A DNA stretch of 56,307 nucleotides, counting the filler, from Trypethelium eluteriae (Eukaryota): NCBI GenBank assembly GCA_051942245.1. It is 2 parts of 2 records of this genome, joined end to end, with 100 filler letters (N's around TTAATTAATTAA, not from the genome) between each part and the next. Parts side by side here need not be neighbours in the genome. Positions count along the whole stretch, not along the records: positions 28,215 to 56,307 come from JAVECL010000317.1; 1 more part is not named here. One strand, 5' to 3'. Of the stretch, positions 50,033-56,307 are shown piece by piece (positions within the stretch are counted from its first letter, which is position 1; every line of letters starts with the position of its first letter). The notes under the pieces were generated by a model, which saw only the letters and a list, made by a program, of their open reading frames with translations, ran no database searches and had not been told where the DNA came from. The translations under genes and the position numbers were made by a program.

Positions 50033-51074
50033 TACGACAATAATGAGTGTATTAGCGACTTACTGGCGAGTTCCAGAACAACAGAAAGGAGGGCTTCTCT
50101 TCAACTCCAGACGAGTGTACTTCTTTGGCGAATTCCACTCATCTCTCTCCGTCCAGCCACACAATACTGTAGTATCGACCGATCTTGGATACAGACTTGA
50201 AATGAGTTATGTGCGACAGTTATATGCTGTAGACAAGCTTCACAAAAGTGATTAGTCTTCCTGGCAGTCGCTGATCAGCATCGTTGCTTGAGAACATACA
50301 AAGGCCTCATAACATATACACAGTTCAAATGGAAAGCAGCCGATTTGACTACTGGTAGACTTGGCGAAGGCTGGTTTGATTGGAAACAAACTGAACCAAC
50401 GCCAGAGCCCGGTAAGATGGGCATAAGTAAGATTTGCATCAAACCAGCTTTGACAATGCTCGAAAACATTCTTGTACTTCTCCGATCACTGACTGATCTC
50501 GCAGGGCTTTCTCTCGGCTGACAATGGAATGCCATGTCAAAGCATGAATGAATGAGCGAACTTCCCTCACGCCTTCCTATATTGAGGCATCCCGAACATA
50601 AATCGCGCAACGTATGATTGAAATCGGACTGTTAATAAGGTCAGGGGACAGTAAATGGAAAGATGAAACTGAGATTTGCGTAGTTACCATAAGTTGTGAA
50701 TGAAGAAAATGGGACAGCCATGGTGAATTGAACAAGGCTTTGAAGATTCATCAAGCATGTATGTGGGATACGGCATTTACGTCTCGGAATATTCACGAGG
50801 CCGCGGCACAGGCTCGGTGGAAGTATGCAAAATATGGAAGAAAGAACTGGAGAAGATGAGCAAAAACCAAGAAATACATATGTAGACCGGACTATCATAT
50901 CAGAACAGGAAACCCGTATCCATACCTCCAATGCTGTCACTTAGCCCCATGCTGCTCCACCATCAGTCTGCAACGCAATCTTATACAATCGCAACTCAAG
51001 CGACTTAACACCACGATCGTACCCTACCACATCCGCTATGCCTAATCTCCAGGGAACAACTCACATAAACCCAA

Positions 51075-52987
51075 TCACAATTCATCATGATCTTCAGCAT
51101 CCGAGTCGCTGTCTACCGCCGCATCCTTCACCGCCTCCTTAACCTCGCTCGCCTTTTCCTTAACGGCCTCCTTCACCTTCTCCGCCACCTTCTCCGTCGC
51201 GGCGGGGGCCTGATGTGGCATGTCCGTCTTCTCATCACCGCTGTCTTCATCTGCTGCGCTCTTCTTCTTCAACTCAGCCTTCTCATCGTCCTTATCTTCA
51301 GCCCCGGCATATGCATCTGCGCCATACTTGCCGTTCTCCTTCACGAAAGCGGCGAGATCTTCGACGGTGCGGGCACCACTGTAAGGGACGGGGGACGACT
51401 TAGAGCCAGCTGGGTAGAGCTTGATGGTCGGGAAGCCGGAGATGTCATCCGGGACGTCGTTGGCGGTCGCGTCGACTTTGGCGATGGTGACTTGGGTGGA
51501 GAAAGGGGAGTAGAGCTGGGCGAGTTCTTCGTATTTCGGGGCCAGACTGTGCGAAGTAAGTATATGCATGTCTTCGGACGAGATTTATGTATATGACGTA
51601 GGAACAGGAGGGAAGTGATAAGGAAAGGTAGTGAGACGTACGCTTTGCAGTGACCGCACCATGGGGCGTAGAATTCAATCAAGACATCCTTGTCCTCATC
51701 CAGGACAATATCTTGGTAGTTCTTCGCTACCACGACCGTGACTGGACCTTCTTGCTTCTCGGGAATGGGCTCAGACTTGACGCTTGGCTCAATCTTTCCG
51801 GCAACAAAGTCGTCGACGAATTTACCAACAGACTTCTCAGTAAGCTTCTCATCCTGAGGTAGAAGAGGGAATTTCTGGTTCTTAACCGTCTCTTGAATGG
51901 CGAATGCGGGCCATTTGCCAACCTCGAGATTGAGATTGCCAGCATGTTGGCCAAAAGCTTTGGCGTCGATGGTAGCGAAGTTGACAGCGCCTTTGTGCTT
52001 CTCAGCAACCGGCTTAAGAGTTGTGGCGAGGGACTCGCGGTCTTCAGGCGTCTCGGCGAAGATGTAGGCGAGAGGAATGCCGGCCTGCAAACCATTCTGT
52101 CAGATACTGTATATTGACTTGCCGCAGCAGTGGTACTCTCAAGATACTTACAGCCATATAGCCGGCGTATGTCTCAGGGCCAACTTCGCCAATGAGAGGA
52201 ATCGACGAGGTTCCAATAAACTCCTCGATCTGCTTCTGCTCGAACTTGTCCTCAAAAACATTCTTGCCTTCGTCAAAGGTCTTGTAGAGTGCGACACCCG
52301 GTTGCTTGACACCTTCCTTCTCAGCCAATTCTGCGTCGCTCGTCGCGCCGAAGAGGAAACTATCACGAAGACCGTCCGCGACTTTGCCGAATGTTTCGTT
52401 GGATGTTTTGTCTGTCGCGTCGAAGAAGGCGATCAGGACGACCTTATCAGCGGTCTTGAAATCTTCCAGAGTATCTTTATCAAGTAACGAGACAGCGGGC
52501 ATGGATTGCTTGGTCATGTAGGATATTATGCTTCAGCTTGTCAGTAAGGAAGACTGGAATTGGAGCTTGGGATTATCGACATACGCCTCAGCCTTTCTTT
52601 GGCCGGTGTACGGTGTGATGTTATCCGCGCCTCGGAAGACCTTGAGTGTAGGATACCCCTCAACGCCATACTGCGAGCAGAGTTCTGATTCTGCTGTGCA
52701 GTCCACCTTTGCTAACGGGATTTCCTTCTCCTTTAGTGTCGTAGCAGCCTCCTCGTACTCAGGCGCAAGAGCTTTGCAGTGACCACACCATGGTGCAAAG
52801 ACTGGAGCGCGATGTTAGTCCAACAAGATGGCAGTCAACAATCGGAGTTCTTACATTCTGCGAGCACCAAGTCGTGCTTGCCTATGAAGTCAGAGAAAGT
52901 ATCCTGCTTGAGCTCATGGACGTCGGACGCTGCGGCTACAGCAGCGGCTCCTAAAAGCCCAAGGGCTGCATTCCTAAAGCTACGCAT
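51075..52987 (-). CDS. PDI1: Protein disulfide isomerase, 5 exons
   Basis: Exons 52987-52855, 52801-52585, 52530-52152, 52084-51642, 51546-51075. Signal peptide, two APWCGHCK sites, C-terminal HDEL. Confidence 0.97.
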
Positions 52988-55358
52988 AGCTTTCAATTCT
53001 TATGCAATTGTCAGGAATGAGGTCACTTCAGCGCTCGATGGAATTCTCAGTCGCTGGGAAAAGAGTTCGGAATCAAAGAGGTGGTGTGGGAAGGAAGATA
53101 TATACACGTTCGTTAGGAAGTGATGGTCGGTCGGTTCAGGGTCCTGCGGCTAATTGAGTGCTGCAATCTGTCAAGATGGATCTCACCTCCTCTTTCCGCC
53201 GAGCTTGGAAATGCTTTATTAATCAAACTCCATCCGAGGCCACACGAGCAGTATCGTCTAAAATTGGCGTAAGGCCTTGACTGGCCTTTTCAAATGGAGC
53301 AAATGAAGCGTAATATCGTTAATTATATTCGGATCCGTCTTCCGACTGTCAGCGCTCGGTGTTGGAGCTATCTGGCCCCTGGCCACTACACCAGAGATGA
53401 TGCCAGCTATCTTGCTGTCTGCAATTACTGACTTGCCATTGCGGCCAATACAAGCACTAATTTACCTTTGAATGTTTCATTCCCGTCTCTGCGATGGAAT
53501 CCAAGTCGTTCGAGTTAGTGCCAGAGACCCTGCCGCTACTTGTTCACATCGTTGAAGCACTGTCCTATACAGCGAAGCTACTACATGCACGAAAGCTGAC
53601 TGACTGGCTGCGCTCGCTAGATCTTCTACATCAACGATGTAGGATCGCTAAAGGGCCACTTAGATTGCATCTGAGGATTATAGAAGTTTGAATGTGTTAA
53701 AGTCGTGGGTATTCATAAAGCGTTCTTTAAGGCTTGGTAGGCTGCCAGGTACTCCGTACATGACGAGCCATCTCTCCCTCTCTGCCTCTTTTCGATGTTC
53801 TTCCTTCGGGCTTTTTCAGACTTGAAGATGAAGCTCTTATGCCAAGTTAGATGCATGTAAAACGGCACTAGGTAGTAGTAATGAGCATGTGGGACAAGTC
53901 TGCACCTCAGGCTGATTCAATGCGGCGTTAATAAGTAGTATACGTTGTAGAAATATTTTGTATCTTGCAGTAAAACGCGAAATATGCAAGGTTTGCAGGT
54001 GTCATGGACTCGGTCTCGTGGCCATCGTGGCTGTCTGTGCGGCAGGTGTCCCCCCGCCTCATCGTTACTGCGCCTGCGCCCCCCTCTACTTTACCGCTCC
54101 CAAGCTCAATCTCCACCCTGCCAATAACTCGACCACGAAAGCGATTTGTAGCCTGAAACTGTGAAGGTGAACTCTGGGGCTCCTCCCGTGTCAGTTTTTT
54201 TGATAATCTCGAAATTCTATTTCTCCGCCCAAATCATCATCCCACTCCATACAAATTCCAACCCCTATCCAAGTTCCGTTGCCAAGCACTCCACCAATCT
54301 TTTATTTCTGCCATTCAAATCGTGAAGATGAAGTCTTGAGCGCATTCCGTATTGAATGATGTCAGAATCATTCGGAAATTCCAATCTTTATCTTTTGGTG
54401 CAAAATTGTGTGGCGCCCCATACAGATCTATACCGCCGACCCAACCAACTTCACTGTTCTGGGAAGAATAACTCAACATGCACCATTGCATCTATTCTGA
54501 TACTGCGATGGCGTATTCTGTGAGTCTCACGCTTTCGAACGCACTCAAAATCATTACCAATTTCAAGAAAAAATGTTTTCGTACCTAATTTGGGTGGGAG
54601 AGTCATACAAAGTGGATAGAAGAGCCTTCACGACTGCTCCTTTTCAAGGCTTCGCCAGGAATAACTCAACAACCACGCGGTAAATTTTGGAGCTGGTGCG
54701 AAGGCGGACTCTCGTAGCCCAGAAGTTTCTTATTTCGACCGAATATTATCAAAGATCGAAAAAAAACGTTTTTCGCAAAATTACGAGGTTCAAAAGTTCA
54801 AAATGGCCCTCGGATACCGGATTTTGCGTGAGGTTTTGGCTTCTATGGCGGTTTTCAAAACCAACCTTGCATTGTTTTCGGAGATTTTAGTAGCGCCAAA
54901 ACCCCACGATCCTGGGCTGTCGAATGCCGTATCGAGCATCCCATTATCTGCTCTGTGTGCTGACTTATTCGCCAATGAAGTTTAATTCTGGAGATTTGGG
55001 AAGAGTCGCAAGTTCCGCACTATGTGGCCCGTGCATATGGCTCGATCAGGAAAAGCTAATGCCGGCGTGGCGGGGAAGCGCGGAAGGCGGAGCGGGTGCG
55101 GGAGGTCGAGACGAGGCGCAGTGGTCCCCGACCCAGTGCCACTTCACCAAAGCTCATGGTCGCATAATGGCAGCTTGGCTATTACGTAGTTATGGAAGAT
55201 GAAGGGTTTTGTGTTTTCAGTCACGAAAGCAGGAGCTCCTAAAGCAGTCACTTGACGAGCAAAATTATTATGACTTAAGGTAGTGCCAAATATAGAAGTC
55301 TCTTCGTATTGAACGCCTTGCAGACTATGCAGATTATGTGAGGGCATTTGCAAGCAAA

Positions 55359-56307
55359 CTAGTCTTCGTGCCGGTTCTCCAAATCCTCCTCGTCATCATC
55401 ACCGGCGTGCATGTTGACGGGGCGATACTCGCCGCCCGAAGCTGCATTATCTCTTCCCTCCAATTCACGCGATAATGCACTGCCTTCCCTCTTACCTCGT
55501 TCGACATCAACCATATACATCAGAGGAAATGGAAGGCCAATAAGGACAGCAAGAAACCAGAATGCCTGGAGTTTCTCATTAGCGCGCGCACCCCTAGGAA
55601 AGGCAAGTCATTTTTACTCACGGGTCGGATTTCCCCCGTCGCATCCGTAATGGCTCCTACAATCGCAGGACCAAACACACTACTTCCTTTATCCGTGATT
55701 GCGTAAAGTGCATAGAACGCCGCTTCGCTCCCTGGAGGAATCAATTCCCCAAAAACACTGCGACAGTACGCGCTCAGTCCACCCAGCACAAACCCATAAA
55801 GCCCCCCGAGCGGATACAACTCCCATTGCTGCTGCAATCCAAACACGCCCAGCCGCTGAATTGCCGGAATGTACCCCAACAGTGCATACAGAGGGATGAT
55901 TTCAAAAACGGCAATACACGCCAAAATCGTATGCGACGGCCGCAAATTCAACGCGCGCGAAATCTTCGCCCAACTAAACGCCCCCACCACCCCAAACACC
56001 GTCGTGATAATGATAAAGAGCGCCAGATACGCGGGCTGCATATCCAGACTAGTTTTCGCAAACAGTACCGCCGTTCCACTGATCGTCGCGATCCCATCCG
56101 ACAGCAGGAACCAGCCCGCGAGAAAGAACATGACGTCCCGCAGCCGACGCGCGCGACGGACCGTGCGCCACAGCGACTTCCACGCATACCCGACGTACAC
56201 GATGTTTGCGGCGAGCCCCCCCGACTTCGTGCCGCTGCCGCTGCTGCCGCTGCTGCGTGGGGCGCCGAAGTCGAGGGGTGGGCCGGGCCGCGGACGCAGC
56301 CAGAGGG
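55359..56307 (-). CDS. ATG22: Atg22-like vacuolar MFS amino-acid efflux transporter (3' part; start beyond window)
   Basis: [68 protein letters not shown]. After a short intron the last exon reads AFWFLAVL...VDVERG to TAG. Confidence 0.9.

Noticed and set aside
1..56307. tRNA, 5S rRNA, CRISPR array, Starship captain, PKS/NRPS cluster
   Set aside because: By eye I found no cloverleaf, 5S signature, repeat-spacer array, tyrosine recombinase or synthase. An intron-containing tRNA could have been missed without tRNAscan-SE.

Overview
Intron-rich eukaryotic DNA from a filamentous ascomycete (Pezizomycotina-type genes, GT-AG introns with CTRAC branch points). The exon structures below were built by hand. 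Positions ~1-31 kb and ~51-56 kb hold mostly housekeeping or common fungal genes: glutamine synthetase, secreted oxalate decarboxylase, ALG13 and RSM24 head-to-head, RACK1/cpc-2 with an intronic U24 C/D snoRNA, a GFA protein, TFB5, a PY-motif membrane protein, dienoyl-CoA isomerase, a large modular subtilase, an RTA1/Zn2Cys6 divergent pair, a nucleolar RRM protein, a secreted alpha/beta hydrolase, a HAD 'Swiss army knife' protein interrupted by an assembly gap, a RING ligase, PDI and a partial ATG22. Positions ~31.5-50.5 kb look accessory: a small Cys-rich ORF, an atypical kinase, RNase T2, a 2OG dioxygenase, a HET protein, a scrambled Ty3/Gypsy relic and pseudogenes. Three signals stand out. 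(1) A spliced gene, largely missed by the ORF track, appears to encode an LMW-PTP-like pseudophosphatase (Cys->Asp P-loop) fused to a KH-like domain. (2) A 407-bp TG...CA element has ~54-bp terminal inverted repeats, a 5-bp TSD, internal hairpin repeats and an inverted copy of neighbouring sequence. (3) The U24 snoRNA appears to have lost one of its two guides. No database searches were possible; family calls rest on recognised motifs.
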